This document shows positions 1 to 14,644 of a stretch of 64,000 nucleotides of DNA, in pieces; the first letter of the stretch is position 1, and the number at the start of each line of letters is the position of its first letter. A program made the position numbers and the translations under genes. The DNA is from Octopus vulgaris (lineage: Eukaryota), in NCBI GenBank assembly GCA_951406725.2, contig OX597816.1, positions 15,686,001 to 15,750,000 of the forward strand, given 5' to 3'. A model generated the notes under the pieces. The model had not been told where the DNA came from. It saw only the letters and a program-made list of their open reading frames with translations, and searched no databases.

Positions 1-87
1 CAAGAACCTAACTAAATACTTCATGGCATTTAATTTATTATCCATCTCATTCTGCAACTGCTTTTTTCCTCATTGATTATAATATTA

Positions 88-790
88 ATTCTTTCTAAGT
101 CTAGCATAAGGTCAGAAATTTTGAGGGGAGGGGGAGGCTGATTACACTGATCTTAGTATTTAACTAGTATTTTATTTACTCTGGAGGATGAAACACAAAG
201 TTGTTTTGTCAGGATTTGAACTCAAAACACAAAGAGCCAGAAGAAATACCACAGAGGATTTTCTCCAATGTTCCAACAATTCTGCCAACTCACTAATAAT
301 AATAATAATAATAATAATGATTTCATTTATTTTCCACAAGGATAAAGGATGAGGAGGACAATACACAGACAGGCACAAGGCCTGAAATATGGGGGTGGGG
401 GATTAGTTGATTACATCGACCCCAGTGTTTCACAGGTTCTTAATTTATTGACCTCAAAAGGCTGAAAGGCAAAGTTGTTTTGGCAGGTGGAATTTGAACT
501 CAGAAGGTAAAGCGGGAAGAAATGCCACTAAGCATTATGCTTGCTACAGTAATGATTCTACCATTAATAATAATAATAATAATTATAATAATAATTATAG
601 GCACACAGCCTGAAATTTGGGGGCAGGGGTTGAGTCAATTACATTGACCCCCAGTACTTCACTGGTACTTCATTTATTGACCCCGAAAGCATGAAAGCAA
701 AGTTGACCATGGCAGAATTTGAACTCAGATTATAAAGACTGACAAAATGCCGCTAAGCATTTTGCCCAGTGTGCTACTAATTCTGCCTAC
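88..790 (-). mobile_element. Cluster of three family A/A2 SINEs separated by (AAT)n
   Basis: Repeated GAAAGGCAAAGTTG...GAATTTGAACTCAG...AAGCATT motif (reverse complement of the family A body). A further copy lies at ~1160-1372. Confidence 0.75.
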
Positions 791-798
791 TCAAAGCC

Positions 799-1149
799 CC
801 ATTCGAGCGTGATTGTTACTAGCGTCGCCTTACTGGCATGTGAAAAAAACATTTGAGCAAGGTTGTTTCTAGTGCCGCTGAACTGGCTCCTGTGCAGGTA
901 GCACGTAAAAAACACCATTTGAGTGTGGCCGTTGCCGGTACCGCCTGACTGGCCCTCATGCCGGTGGCACGTAAAAGCACCCGTGACACTCTTAGAGTGG
1001 TTGGCGTTAAGAAGGGCATCAGCTGCAGAAACTCTGCCAGATCAAGATTGGAGCCTGGTGCAGCCATCTGGTTCACCAGTGCTCAGTCAAATCATCCAAC
1101 CCATGCTAGCATGGAAAGCTGACGTTAAACAATGATGATGATGATGATG
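799..1149 (+). mobile_element. Repeat family C (RTE 3'-end derived, (GAT)n tail)
   Basis: GTGGTTGGCGTTAAGAAGGGCATC...CCAACCCATGCTAGCATGGAAAG...GTTAAAC(GAT)n. Other copies at ~9342-9780(-), 11913-12215(-), 25665-25885(-), 28385-28580(-), 33817-33920(+), 48165-48405(+) and 56120-56290(+). Confidence 0.8.
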
Positions 1150-2199
1150 AAGAAGAAGAATCCTTTCTACTAAAGGCATAGGGCTTAATTTGGGGGTTGA
1201 GGACTAGTTGATTGCATTGAACCCAGTGTTTTAACAGTACTTAATTTATCAACCCCGAAAGGATGTAAAGCAAAGTTGACCTTGGTGGAATTTGAACTCA
1301 GAATATAGCAACAGGCGAAGTACTGTTAAGCATTTATCCAGCACGCTAACAATTATGCCAGCTCGCCACCTTAATAACAATAATGATGATGATAATAATA
1401 ATAATAATGATGATGATGATGATGATAATTTATCTTGCTCCACTAAATTTTAAAATTTATTAAATTATTTTCTGAAAGATTAATATTTTCCACGAGCTTT
1501 AGTATTCAGTGTTTCATGTTAACATATTTCTGTTTTGTATATATAGATATAGATATAGATATATAGATTTTAGATTTTATTCTCCAAGAAAACGCTGCAG
1601 GGAAGTGGTGGCGGGGTTAGTGGTTGATGGGGGAATGGTTATTTCAAGAAAAACAAACTGCAAAACAAAAAGAAAAACAGAACTACAAACAAACGTATAT
1701 AAATATATAAATAAAGGATATAAAACGAAATTTTAAAAGCAAAAGGGAAGAAAGTGATAAGATCTTTTGTAAAACCCAAACGTAATAGCTTAAAAAAAGA
1801 CAGCTATAGCTATACAACTCTCTATTGAAAATAATAATAATAATAATAATAAACACACTTGCAGCTCTCCTCTACATAAAATGTTATAGATGGCCTTTCA
1901 CACTGGAAGTAGATAGATTTAATACTTGGCATTTTGTTGTGTTCAACAATGTAGAGTCTATCCTTCAAAAATATGAACAGCTCTACAGCGTATCCTTTTA
2001 AAAGAAAAAATAGAAATCTGTTAACTTGAGCAGAAGGAAATAAATGTCTCTTGTATAGCTTCTTTGTGATGATTTTTATGAATTTACTGTTGACTTCTTC
2101 CATTGCCTTGACATTACTGAACTCATAGTTTTACAGGATAACTTCTAAACACACACACACACACACACGCATATGTATACACATGTGTCAGTGTGTGTG

Positions 2200-2241
<42 letters not shown>

Positions 2242-2536
2242 AACACACACACATCTATGTACATATATATATATATATGTATATATATATATGTGTGTGT
2301 GTATGTATATGTGTATGTATGTATATATGTATGTATATATACAACACATGTAAATAGACGTATTTACTGATGTATTTAAGCATACATAATCTGGTTTATT
2401 TTATATTTATTTCATATTCTTAAATTACAAGCAGAAAACTTGTTACACATACATGTATACATGCTCATACATACAAATATACATACATGAGGAAAAATCC
2501 TTTTACATAGACTCATATACATAGTCATACATGCAT

Positions 2537-2581
<45 letters not shown>

Positions 2582-2756
2582 CACACATATGTGTATATAT
2601 GATTAGGCAATGAGTCTATGTAAAAACGTTTTTTCACATGCATGAGTGTACATGTTTGCATATGTGTGTGTATAAATATATACACACATGCGCATACATA
2701 CACATATTCATATAATGTTCATATGACCATAAGCATACATAAATACATACATATAC

Positions 2757-2789
<33 letters not shown>

Positions 2790-3721
2790 CACACACATAT
2801 AATGTTCATGGAAGGATATTTATACATGTATACAAGTCCTTGCATGCTTGCTTGTATATCTTCATGTGTGTGTGTGTTAGTGCGCATATGTATGTAGGTG
2901 TGTCTGTTAATGTGCATATGTATATATATATGTGTGTGTGTGTGTTTATACTGACAGTAATATCTTGTAGGGAAGATTGTCATCAGCTCCTTTCAGTTTA
3001 CTTATGCTCTGTCCATATCCTAAAGCTGACATAACACCCTCCTCCTCTTCTTCCTCCTCCTCTTCAGGCTCCCTTCCCTCCTCCTCCTCCTCTCTCTCTC
3101 TCTCTCTCCCTCCTTGTTAGTACTCTAATCTTGCTGTCTGTTGAATCTTCTTCAGCTAACAATTGCTCACTTCTCTAGTTATGGCAATTATCACTTGTCA
3201 TCTTGTGTATACATACACCACTACTTCGTACCAGGCAGCCACGCCAACACCACCGTGCCACCACACACACACACACACACTACACCTCATCACACACCAA
3301 TGAAGCTATCAATTTTAAATTGGTTGATGAGAGTTGCAATGGTCTTCATATTTCAGCTATTAGTACACAATATCGTTAATGGTTCCTCTCTCTCTCTCTC
3401 TCTGTTTCTGTGTCTCTCTGTCTGTCTCTCTCTCTCTCTCACACACACACCTTGTCTTTTACTAGTTTTCTCTTCCACCCTAATACAGACAAATACAAAT
3501 AAAGCCGAAGAGAAATGAGTTGAGTATATATATGTTGTATGTAGGTATATATATGTAATATGTAGGTAGATATATGTATATATGTTGTATATAGGTATAT
3601 ATATGTAATTGTGTGTGTGTAGTAAAACTTTCCATAAAATGTATATAATATACATACACACACACATGCTCAAATCCTACATAGATATACACAAGCCATG
3701 TGCATACATATTCAGAGATAC

Positions 3722-3770
<49 letters not shown>

Positions 3771-4380
3771 AACATGCTTGCAAACACACACGCACATATG
3801 TGGATGTATATTCGCATATATATATACATATGCATGCTGACATACACATATATAAATACATGCATGTGCACACACACACATACATACATGCATACATATG
3901 CTTATACATACACACCACACACACATACACACACATTCATGCATATATACATACATGCAAACCCCTACACATTATGTTGAATTTATTTTCACTTCTTTTT
4001 ACGTTATTCTTAATATTCATAATTACTACTACTACTACTACTACTACTGCTGCTACTACTACTACAACCACCACTATTACTACAACTGCAGCAGCAGCAG
4101 CAGCAGTTATTTACACTGTTCCTCCCTCTAAATTATTCTGTTCACCAAATAAAAATAAAAATAAAATAAAATAAAATTAGACAAAATACAAAAAACAAAG
4201 TTTCAAGAAAAATGAGAAATGGGTTGTTTCTAACGAAGGCAAAATGAGACATCTAATGTGAAGTGTAAACATGTTGGAACGATGTTTAATGATTAAACAA
4301 CTCTGAGAAATTCTGATCTGCTGACGGAAATTTGAGGTTGTGTTTCAAAGAGAAACACAGTGTAAATATTAAAGGATACT

Positions 4381-4718
4381 ATGCTACTATAACCAGTGGT
4401 AGATGGCGGTTGATATGGGATGAAAGGAGGTGTGAAAGATGGGTAAAATGGTGAGGATTGAGGATTTCTTACGTTGGGGGAGGGGGGTCAAAGGAGGGTT
4501 TCTTTATGAGTTGGTCATGGTTGGAAAGCCTTTGATCATAGGCCTGTTGAGTATGCTATTACAACCAGTGGTAGACAGAGGTTGAAATGGGATGAAAGGA
4601 GGTGTGAAAGAAGAGTAAAGAGGTAAGGGTTGAAGATTTCTTACCTTTTTGGTGGACAAAGGAGGCATTGTTGATGAGTTGGTCATGGTTGGAAAGCCTT
4701 TGAACATAGGCCAGTTGG
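4381..4718. repeat. Diverged tandem duplication, two ~170-bp units
   Basis: ATGCTA.TA.AACCAGTGGTAGA...TGAGTTGGTCATGGTTGGAAAGCCTTTGA starts at 4381 and again at 4553. Confidence 0.8.
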
Positions 4719-5341
4719 ATTGAGGTCGACCTGGGTTTAAAGAACAACAGTGTCAAAGTGATTCTTGAACCACTGAAGGAGTCATTGCATGATCTCTAGA
4801 CCAGCTAGAAATAGCAACCAATGTTACCTCAGATCAAACTCGATTATGCATTAGTTAAAGGAAGGACAAAAGAGTTGAAATGGAATGAAAGATGGTATGG
4901 AAGAAGAGCAAAGAGGCAAGGACATAAACACACCAATACTAGTTAACAAGCAGTGGTAGGAGACAAACAAAGCCATACGCACACACACACACACACATTT
5001 ATATATGCACACAAAACTACACCTGATTTTCTCCCCTCCATACACACGCAAGCATGTATCTGACTAATACACTGTTCACTTTCCAGACATTTGTACATTA
5101 CTGCATATGCTTTATACGCACTTTTCACAAGTTGTGGTGCACCTGAGCACTGTATACAATAATTTCATTATCATTATTATATACAACAGGCTTCTTTCAG
5201 CTTTTGTCTTCCAAATCCACTCACTATAGCAGAAGACAGTTGCCCAAGGTTCCAATAGTGGCATTGAACCCAGAACAATGTGGTTGGGAAACAAACTCCT
5301 TACCACTTAGCCATGACTTAACACACATGTATGTATGCACA

Positions 5342-5760
5342 GTGGCGGCGAGCTGGCAGAAACATTAGCACGCCGGGTGAAATGTGTAGCCGTATTTCGT
5401 CTGCCGTTACGTTCTGAGTTCAAATTCCGCCGAGGTCAACTTTGCCTTTCATCCTTTCGAGGTCGATAAATTAAGTACCAGTTATGCACTGGGGCCGATG
5501 TAATCGACTTAATCCGTTTATCTGTCCCTGTTTGTTCCCTCTGTGTTTAGCCCCTTGTGGGTAGTAAAGAAATAGGTATTTCGTCTGCCGTTACGTTCTG
5601 AGTTCAAATTCTGCTGAGGTTGACTTTGCCTTTCATCCTTTCGGGGTCAATGAATTAAGTACCAGTTATGCACTGGGGCCGATGTAATCGACTTAATCCG
5701 TTTATCTGTCCTTGTTTGTCCCCTCTGTGTTTAGCCCCCTGTGGGTAGTAAAGAAATATA
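5342..5760 (+). mobile_element. tRNA-derived SINE family A, partial dimer
   Basis: Head GGCGGCGAGCTGGCAGAA...GAGTTCAAATTCC; body GACTTTGCCTTTCATCCTTTCG repeated twice; TSD TATGTATGCACA at 5330-5341 and 5761-5772. Confidence 0.85.
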
Positions 5761-5859
5761 TATGTATGCACACACACACAAACATCTTCTATCCCAGCAT
5801 GGGACATGGATGCTAAACAAGGATGGTGATATATGGCTGTGCCTATACGTTTAATACAG

Positions 5860-6290
5860 CTAAAAGGCATTTCAGATGCAGTATTTACATTTCATTGCGG
5901 AGGTGGTTAATCTATGGGCGTAAGACAGTTACAACATAAAGAACACTGTTCTGGATGGCTTATAACACATCGTTATATCATAGCCAGGTGAGTTGGGGAG
6001 CTTCAGATAAGGTTGGCAAAATCTATGATGGATCTTGTGTACACTGGTATCATGATTTGCTTATTTTGTGAGAATTTTATAGCAGCGAATGCTTAAGATT
6101 TTGTCGGAAGTATTTCTTTATGACTGCATCTTATTTACTTAATCTACTTGCTCCAACCTGTACCTTGATGTAGAATATATATACTCTGTTGCTGTTTCAC
6201 AGTTGAGGGTTTGGCATTAAATCGGACATCATGCTGTAAAACACATCCTTTAATAATACTTGCAAATGATGTTTGGTTTTTGAAGCTGGC
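5860..6290 (-). mobile_element. Highly degenerate non-LTR retrotransposon fragment (I/Jockey-like RT C-terminal region)
   Basis: Minus-strand frames give GCVLQHDVRFNA...YTRSIIDFANLI*SSP...L*AIQNSVLYVVT...INHLRNEM*ILHL. These resemble the RSxxDYxxxxW / LQxIQNxALR / IxHLHxE motifs. Confidence 0.55.
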
Positions 6291-6339
6291 TAACTAATGT
6301 CAAGAAATAAAACATGAAAGTGGGATGTGTTACACATAT

Positions 6340-6753
6340 ACACAGCAGCGCATTAATTTTATATGTAAAGGTGTGGGTATGTGTGAGGGTATATATTTGT
6401 GTTTGTGTGAAAATATAACACACACACACATATATATACATACATATATACATGGACACTCACACACACACACACATATATATATGCATATATATATATT
6501 TACATACATATATACATGGACACTCACACACACACACACACACATGAATACATAGGCATACACATGTGAATGTGTATGTGCGTGTATGTATATATATGTG
6601 TGTTTGTGTGAAAATATAACACATGCACATATATATATATATATATATACTATACATGGACACTCACACACATGAATACATAGGCATACACATGTGAATG
6701 TGTATGTGCGTGTGTATATATATGTGTGTGTGTTTGCGTGAAAATATAACACA

Positions 6754-6791
<38 letters not shown>

Positions 6792-6890
6792 TACATACAT
6801 GGACACACACATACACAGGAATACAGAGGCAAACACATGTGAATGTGTATGTCTGTGTATGTATATATATGTGTGTATGAATATACACAT
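6340..6890. repeat. Higher-order repeat built from TA/CA/TG microsatellites
   Basis: GTGTTTG(T/C)GTGAAAATATAACAC recurs at ~6399, ~6600 and ~6730 with CATGGACAC and AATACA.AGGCA blocks. Confidence 0.75.
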
Positions 6891-7756
6891 GCATACTACA
6901 TGCATACTACATGTGAAGATATATAGACATTATTAGTATGACATACTTAATCTATGGGCATTAGTAAAAGCTGTGAAGCTGTGGTACTTTGTCCAGAGGA
7001 GATCCCTTTAAAGACATTGTGTATGTATGTGTGTATATATATACACTTATATGTATATATATATATATATACACATGCTCACAAACATATATGTCTATAA
7101 AAATACACATGTGTGCAGACAAATACATAGAAAAGTTGATAGACAGATATATATTTATTATATTATATATGTTTATGTTTGTCTGCTTATGCATACATCA
7201 ATAAAATCTGTCTGTGTATGTACATACGTATGTACATATATATATGTGTGTGTGTAGGTGTGTATATATGTGTGTATATGTGTGTGTATATATGTATGTA
7301 TATGTGTGTATGTATATTATGCATATTATTTATATATATATATATATACACTTTTATCTGTCTATCTATATTCATGTGGAAACATATATTAAACACAAGT
7401 AATCAGACGGCAACTATTATCGAAAACGTTCAATGAATACAATAATTTAATTTGTATCATATCTGTAGTTCTCCTCCAATATAGATCTATTATATAGCAA
7501 CACTAATATAGATTACACATAAATACAGATTACATACACATAGGAAACCTTATATTTATGAAATATTGATGATATTTTTATTGTGGCTTTATATTTGATT
7601 TCAATTTTGATCACTTATACCTGTCATCTATTATAGATCCTATCTCTCTGTACTTATTATTTAGCATGTATTTATGTATTTGTGTATGTTCATGTATCTG
7701 TCTTTAATTTGGTGTATGTATGTGTTTATGCATACATACATATTTGTGTGTGTGTA

Positions 7757-7797
<41 letters not shown>

Positions 7798-7964
7798 GGC
7801 TGTAGGGGAATTGTTTTGAAAATATATATTTTGTATAGTTTTATATGAAGCGATTCAGCTTTATGAAATTTATCTTTAAACATACTGTTGAAACTGTACG
7901 AATGGTGTACAGCATGTATATACATATATATATTGTATTGTTTATGAATATATATATATATATT

Positions 7965-8362
7965 GGCACAGGCATGGTTGTGTGGTAAGGCCTTGCTTCC
8001 CAACCACATGATTCCAGGTTCAGTCCCGCTGCGTGGCACCTTGGGCATGTGTCTTCTGCTAAAGCCTTGGGCCGACCAATGCCTTGTGAGTAGATTTGCT
8101 TGACAGAAACTGAAAGTAGCCCATCAACTTTATATATATATGTAAATATGTGTATATGTTTGCATGTCTGTGTTTGTCTCCACCACCATTGCTTGACAAC
8201 TGATGCTGGTGTGTTTACATCCCCTGTAACTTAGCGGTTCGGTAAAAGAAATCAATAGAATAAGTACTATGCTTACAAAGAATAAGTCCTGGACTCAGTT
8301 TGTTCAACTAAAGGTGTTGCTCCAGCATGGCCACAGCCAAATGATTGAAACTAATAAAAGAA
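7965..8362 (+). mobile_element. tRNA-derived SINE family B (internal TA/TG microsatellite)
   Basis: Head GGCACAGGCATGGTTGTGTGGTAAG...GGTTCAGTCCC, then CCTTGGGCA, an internal (TA)(TG) tract, and a 3' part ...CTCCAGCATGGCCACAG...GAAAC. Confidence 0.85.
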
Positions 8363-8694
8363 TATATGTGTGTGTGTGTGTGCATATATATGAGTTTACA
8401 CACACATGTATACATGTGTGTGAATGTGTTTATATCTCTGTGTATATCCACATATGCATGTTGGCATAAGCAGGGCTATATGATTAAGAAGCTTGCTTCC
8501 CAACCATGTGGTCTTTGGGTCATTCTGTTCCACACCTTGGGCATGTTTCCTATAGCCTCAGACTGATTAAAGCCCCTTGTGACTGACTTTGGTAGATTGA
8601 AACTGAAAGAATTCTGTGTCCGTATGTCTATACATACACATATATACATTCAACAGATATTAAATGATGATGATTGTGTGTATCCTTGTCTAGG

Positions 8695-8795
8695 CATCTT
8701 AGATATCGCATGATGGTTGATACCACATCTTAGATATCACATGATGGTTGATACCACATCTTAGATATCACATGATGGACATCTGGATATCACAT
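8695..8795. repeat. ~30-bp minisatellite, about 3 units
   Basis: CATCTTAGATATC(G/A)CATGATGGTTGATACCA is repeated. Confidence 0.8.
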
Positions 8796-9025
8796 GGTGG
8801 TTGTAAATCATCATCATTGTCATACAAGTGAGGTTGTTCATTTCTGTGAAAAAAGTGTAACTGTGGGAAAATATTACTTTGCTTAGAAGCATGTGAGGGT
8901 TGGTGACAGGATGGGCATCCAACTGAAGGAAATCTGCTCCAACAAAATTCCATCTGACCCATGCAAGTATGAAAAAGTGAACATGAAATGAAAATGATGA
9001 TATGAATATAGTAATATATATATAT

Positions 9026-9332
9026 GTGGAGGTGCATGGCTTAGTGGTTAGGGTGTTGCACTCACAATGTCAAGAGCATGATTTCAGTTCTCAGATTGTG
9101 TATTGTGTTGTTTGCTTGAGCAAAGTACTTCATTTCATGTTGCTCTGTAATCATTCCGTCATCTGACATGTGGCACATGGTGCACCTGTACAGGTAATGT
9201 CAATTTGATGGAGGGAGTGAGTTTATGTGAACACAAACATCTGATCATTGTAAACAAATCATCTGTGTGGTTGTTCAGCAAGAAATTGCTGAACCCTCAT
9301 ACATTGTCAAACAATGGGAGAGTCCATGACAT
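9026..9332 (+). mobile_element. SINE family D, tail type 2
   Basis: Same head type; the tail matches the minus-strand copy at 43863-44170. Confidence 0.75.
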
Positions 9333-10818
9333 AAATATATATCATCATCATCGTCTAACGTCTGCTTTCCATGCTAGCATGGGTTAGACGATTTGACTGA
9401 GGTCTGGCGAACCAGATGGCTGCACCAGGCTCCAGTCTTGATCTAGCAGAGTTTTTACAGCTGGATGCCCTTCCTAACGCCAACCACTCTGAGAGTGTAG
9501 TGGGTGCTTTTACATGCCACCAGCACAGGGGCCAGTCAGGTGGTACTGGCAACAACCTCGCTCAAGGTTTTTACACGTGCTACCGGCACAAGTGCCAGTA
9601 AGGCGATGCTGGTAATGATCATGCTCAAATGGTGCCTTTTATATTCCATGGCACGGAAGCCAGTTAGCCACTCTGGCAACGATCATGCTCAGATGGTGCT
9701 CTTAGCACCCTACTAGCACAGGGCACAAGTGCCAGTAAGGCGACGCTGGTAACGATCACACTTGAATGGTGCCTTTTATATATATATTACCCTGTACACT
9801 CACAGGCAAAACTCAGAGTAGCATGAGACTGACCTAATCAAAATATATTATTAATCTATACTATGGTATTCTTTTCTCAACAGTCAATACTAGATGGATA
9901 AATATATATATGTGTCTACATGTGTATGTGTGTGTGTGTCTGTATGCATTTTCAGTGATTTTTACTCTTTTCCAAGACTGGTTGAAATACTTAATTCCTT
10001 GTGATGCTTCATGTTTGAAATTCCTACCAGCCATTAGTTCTGGCTACTGTTCTTTGATATCACATTTCACTTGACCATAAGCTGTCACAGATCATGTAAG
10101 GTGAAATGTTTGTGTTATAAAGCATTAGCTGGTACAGTTTTGACAGCCAGAACTCTATTACTAATATATATATTAAAGAACAACTATCTCACACTTTAAA
10201 CATACATACATGCATACACTGAATTGATAAGAGAGATTCTGTGTGGTTGCTCAACTTATTGAGATAGGGAAGTATAGCAGCCTTCAAATCATACTTTACT
10301 GTCCTAAAAATAAAAAGAGACAAAAAAAAAAAAACAGAATATGAGATGGTTACAGCCAAAACTGCTTTGATCTGAGTTCAACTGAATCAGTATTGACAAT
10401 ATAGAACCATTTGATGTAGTTAAAATAGTAGGTAAAATTTTTATCGAATCACACAGAGCTAAGGAATGATACTTTTGATAAGGTGGTTGTAGCCATATTA
10501 TGTCATCATCATTGTTTTAGTTTTTAATTTCTCTTTGTTTCAGTCATTGAACTGTGGCCATGCTGGGGCATCACCTTCAAAAAGTTTTAGTTGTATGAAT
10601 TAACCCCAGTACTTTTTTTTTTATATTTTTAAGCATGATACTTATTTTGTTGGTCTCTTTTACTGAACTACTAGGTTACAGGGTTGTAAACACACCAACA
10701 CTGGTTGGTCAAGCAGTTATGGGGGACAAACACAAAGACATACACACACAGATACATACACACATAGATACAAACATACAAACATGCATGCAAAGATAGA
10801 TAGATAGACAGACAGACA

Positions 10819-10858
<40 letters not shown>

Positions 10859-11425
10859 TAGATTTATAGATAGATAGATGACTGGCTTATTTCAGTTTCC
10901 ACCTACCATATCTACTGACAAGGCTTTGGTCAGCCTGAGGTTATAGTAGAAGACAATTGCCCAAGGTGCCACGCAGTGGGACTGGATCTGAAACCATGAG
11001 GTTGGATAGCAAGCTTCCTACTATACAGCTTGTGCCTAATGTCCACCTCTTCATGCTTGCATGGGTCAGGTGAACTTTTGAATTTGTTGAGGCAGATTTT
11101 CTATGGTTGGATGCCCTTCTTGTAACTAACCCTCAACTATTTTCAAACAAGGCAATAATCTCCCAGTCTATCAAACAACAAACAGCCCAGACAAGTTACA
11201 TTGAGAACTGGAGACAAATGACACCATTTACATGATCCATTTGTTTACAAAGATCATAGAACATGTCAAAACATGTCAAGAAGTTTGAACAGGCTTCTTA
11301 TGGTTGATTGAAAAACAAAGGACGTTGCTTGTATTGATGGAGAAGCTATTGGTGTGTTACAGTCAGTGAACACATATGAAGACAAAGGGAAAACAAATAT
11401 TTTCTCTCTCTCTCTCTCTTTTACT

Positions 11426-11471
<46 letters not shown>

Positions 11472-11623
11472 AAAACCTGCATGCATGCACATGTTCATGC
11501 ATGTGTATGTAAATCAAAGAGAGCATTATCACTATTTAAATGCTTCTGCTTATAGGCCAACTAGATTAGAGTTGGCTGGGAACTAAACAACAACAATATA
11601 TTTGTCATTATATGACTTTAGAA

Positions 11624-11836
11624 GGCTGCGAGCTGGCAGAAACATTAGCATGCCAGGTGAAATGCTTTAACAGTATTTTGTCTGTCTTTACATTCTGAGT
11701 TCAAATTTTGCCAAGGTCGACTTTGCCTTTCATCCTTTTGGGGTTGGTAAAATCAGTACCAGTTGTGTACTGGGGTTGATCTAATTGACTGGCCCCCTCC
11801 CCCAATTTTTCAGGCCTTGTGCCTAGAGTAGAAAAG
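11624..11836 (+). mobile_element. SINE family A, alternative-tail subtype (A2)
   Basis: Same head and body as family A; tail CAGGCCTTGTGCCTAGAGTAGAAAAG; TSD ATTATAT(G/A)ACTTTAGAA. Confidence 0.85.
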
Positions 11837-13924
11837 ATTATATAACTTTAGAAACTTCAAGAGAACGTGAAATAATTTTTTTTGGAGTGTAAATATTGGG
11901 TTAAAAACTCTTTCATCATCATCACCATCATCATTGTTTAATATCCGTTTTCTGTGCTAGCACAGGTTGGATGGTTCGACAGGGGTCTGGTAAGCCAGGG
12001 AGGCTGCACCAGGCTCCGGTCTGATCTGGCAGTGTTTCTACAGCTGGATGCCCTTCCTAACTCCAAACACTCTGTGAGTGTAGTGGGTGCTTTTTACATG
12101 CCACTGGCACAGAAACCAGTCAAGGTGGCGCTGGCATTGGCCATGTTCGGATGGCGCTTTTTATGTGCCACCGGCACAGGTATCACAACTACGATTTCCA
12201 TTTGATATTTATTTTTGTAAAGAAAAAGTCAATGGCTGCCCAGTATTTACACATTAAAAATATAGTTATATTCATGCATAAAAGAATACAAGTAGTTCAC
12301 AATTTTACATCTCACCATGTATATTCATCCTATCTCCTTTCATTTTTCAAAGAAGATTCCATAGGAATGAGAGATATGTGTGTGCTGGCTTCTGTGAAAA
12401 TCACGACCTGTGAGCAGTGAAGTTGTCTGTCACTTCTCCCATCAACAGTCATTCACTCTGTGACTTGTGGAATAAGAGACTCTAATTGAAAAATAGATAA
12501 TGGTTTAGTATAAAACAATGCCTCAGTAACATATGTATTTCACCCATGCTTGTATGGACAAATAGATGTAAAATTGAATTATATATATTCATTTAGTGTC
12601 CATTTTGCGTGCTGGCAGGGGGTAGGACTCTGTGTGTGTAAATATATATACATATGCATATATACACATATACATACGCATATATACATACATACAGAGA
12701 GAGAGAGAGAGAGATTCTTTCAGACATATAAAGCCCACATCTCCTATTGTGTGAACTTTAGATCGTGTGTGTGTGTTAGAGTAATATTTTCTATGAAGCA
12801 TTATAAAATAGTTGTGTGTTTCAAGAAGCCACAATAATACAAATGTGAAATAAAATAAAAGAAAAGACAAAACCAAAAAAAATTGCTTTATCATGAAATA
12901 TACAGCAAAATAATTTTATCTAATATCTCAATATTTTGGCTAGAAAACTCTCTATCAAGAAAACTCACTTGGTGAAGAACATTCAAATATTGTTAAACAT
13001 GTTCAGTTTGGTGGACATTATTATCTATGAGTGGTTCTATTTCATCTTGTTTTACAAGAGTCCTGATGGGTTATGTTTTTTAATCCTTTTCTACTTCTAT
13101 CATTGGACTGTGGCCATGCTGGAGCCCTATCTTGAAACATTTTAATCAAACAAATCAACCCTAGTACTTATATTTTTAAATCCGATACATATTCTCTTGT
13201 TCTCTATTGCTAAACTGCTAAGTTGTGCTAAGGGATGCAAACAAACCAACACTGTTTGTAAAGTGACTAGGTGGGGGGAAACAAACACAAATGCATGCAC
13301 ACACACACACACACATACACACATAAACATAGGATGTTCCAAGAGCTGAGTGCCTGTGCAACATCATACAGATTCCTTGGAGCTATTAAAATAACGAAGT
13401 GTATGTTTATCTCAGAAAGCATTTATGTATACGTGTGTGAGTGAGGAGAGATAGATAATAGATATACATACATAGAAATACATAATTCTATGTATGTGTA
13501 TATATATATATATACATACATATGTGAGAGTGTGTATGAGTGAGAATACATGAATGCTGACATTTCTATTTCTTTGCAAGAGACTGTCTGAGCAAAGAAT
13601 GGTGAATTTAAATATAGCATCCCCATCTTTTACTCTGATGATCTCATGCGAAGAAGCAGAAATGTCAATATCTACATGTGCACTTGAGCGCACGCACACA
13701 CACACATACATACACATACTGATCTTCATGAAGTGTTCGTCTACCAAATTCCTTCACTTGGCATTGGTTGGTGCAGGGTTATAGTAAGCAGTGCATACCT
13801 AGTGTATCATGCAGTGGGCCTAAATCTGAAATTCTGTGTCTATATTTTCATAAATATAATCAGCAGAAGTTACAAAGTGAATCAATGGTTAAGACTTTCG
13901 TGTGAGGCACTTAACAAACATTCA

Positions 13925-13955
<31 letters not shown>

Positions 13956-14124
13956 TCTCCACTCACAATTCCTGGGAGGGCCATGAGGGCAGCATCCTCA
14001 GACACCTCTTCCATAAGGTTCTGTCAGAAATCATTAGGCTTTCTGGCTGGATTCCCAAGTATAATCAACAGAGACTATATATATATATATATATATAAAA
14101 ATATAAAATAATAATAATAATAAA

Positions 14125-14371
14125 TGTGCCCTTTTAAAGCTTAGCCAGGCTTATGGGCCCGGTTTCCCAGTTTCTATGGCGTATGTGTTCCCCAGCTGGA
14201 TGGGACGCCAGTCCATCGCAGCGTTACTCATTTTTGCCAGCTGAGTTAACTGGGGCAATGTGAAATGAAGTATTTTGCTCAAGAACCCAACACGTCGCCC
14301 AGTCCAGGAATCAAAACCACAATCTTACGATCATGGTGCTAACACCCTTACCACTAAGCCACGCACCTCCA
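14125..14371 (-). mobile_element. SINE family D, tail type 3
   Basis: Minus-strand head GGAGGTGCGTGGCTTAGTGGTAAGG; tail has GCGATGGACTGGCGTCCCATCCAG and ends in (ATT)n. Confidence 0.75.
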
Positions 14372-14388
14372 TATATGTGTATATATAA

Positions 14389-14644
14389 TTATTCCAATTG
14401 TTACGTATGTTTTAGTATTCAGCAACACATAACATCACGTTACAGATGCAACCACTCGAAGCAGCTTATAGGACCAGCATGGAGCAAGCATGTTGTCAGT
14501 CTGTTAAAGCACATCATCATACAATCTTTTTCAAATTTTCTGATAATTTGTCCCATGCTGGCCCTATAAGCTGCATCTACTGGTTGCATCTATTGTGATG
14601 TCATGTGTTGCCAAATACTGAAACATATGTAGCCACTGGAATAA
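14389..14644. repeat. Foldback element / MITE with ~100-bp imperfect inverted arms
   Basis: Left arm TTATTCCAATTGTTACGTATGTTTTAGTATTCAGCAACACAT...CCAGCATGG pairs with right arm CCATGCTGG...ATGTGTTGCCAAATACTGAAACATATGTAGCCACTGGAATAA. Confidence 0.8.

Noticed and set aside
2173-7436. Many 60-190 aa ORFs rich in YI/CV/HT repeats (also at 17738-18259, 22143-22537, 53139-53712 and 61722-62021)
   Set aside because: They are translations of dinucleotide microsatellites, which lack stop codons; there is no coding evidence.
8695-8795. Regular ~30-bp repeats resembling a CRISPR array
   Set aside because: No unique spacers, eukaryotic context and no cas genes; a simple minisatellite.
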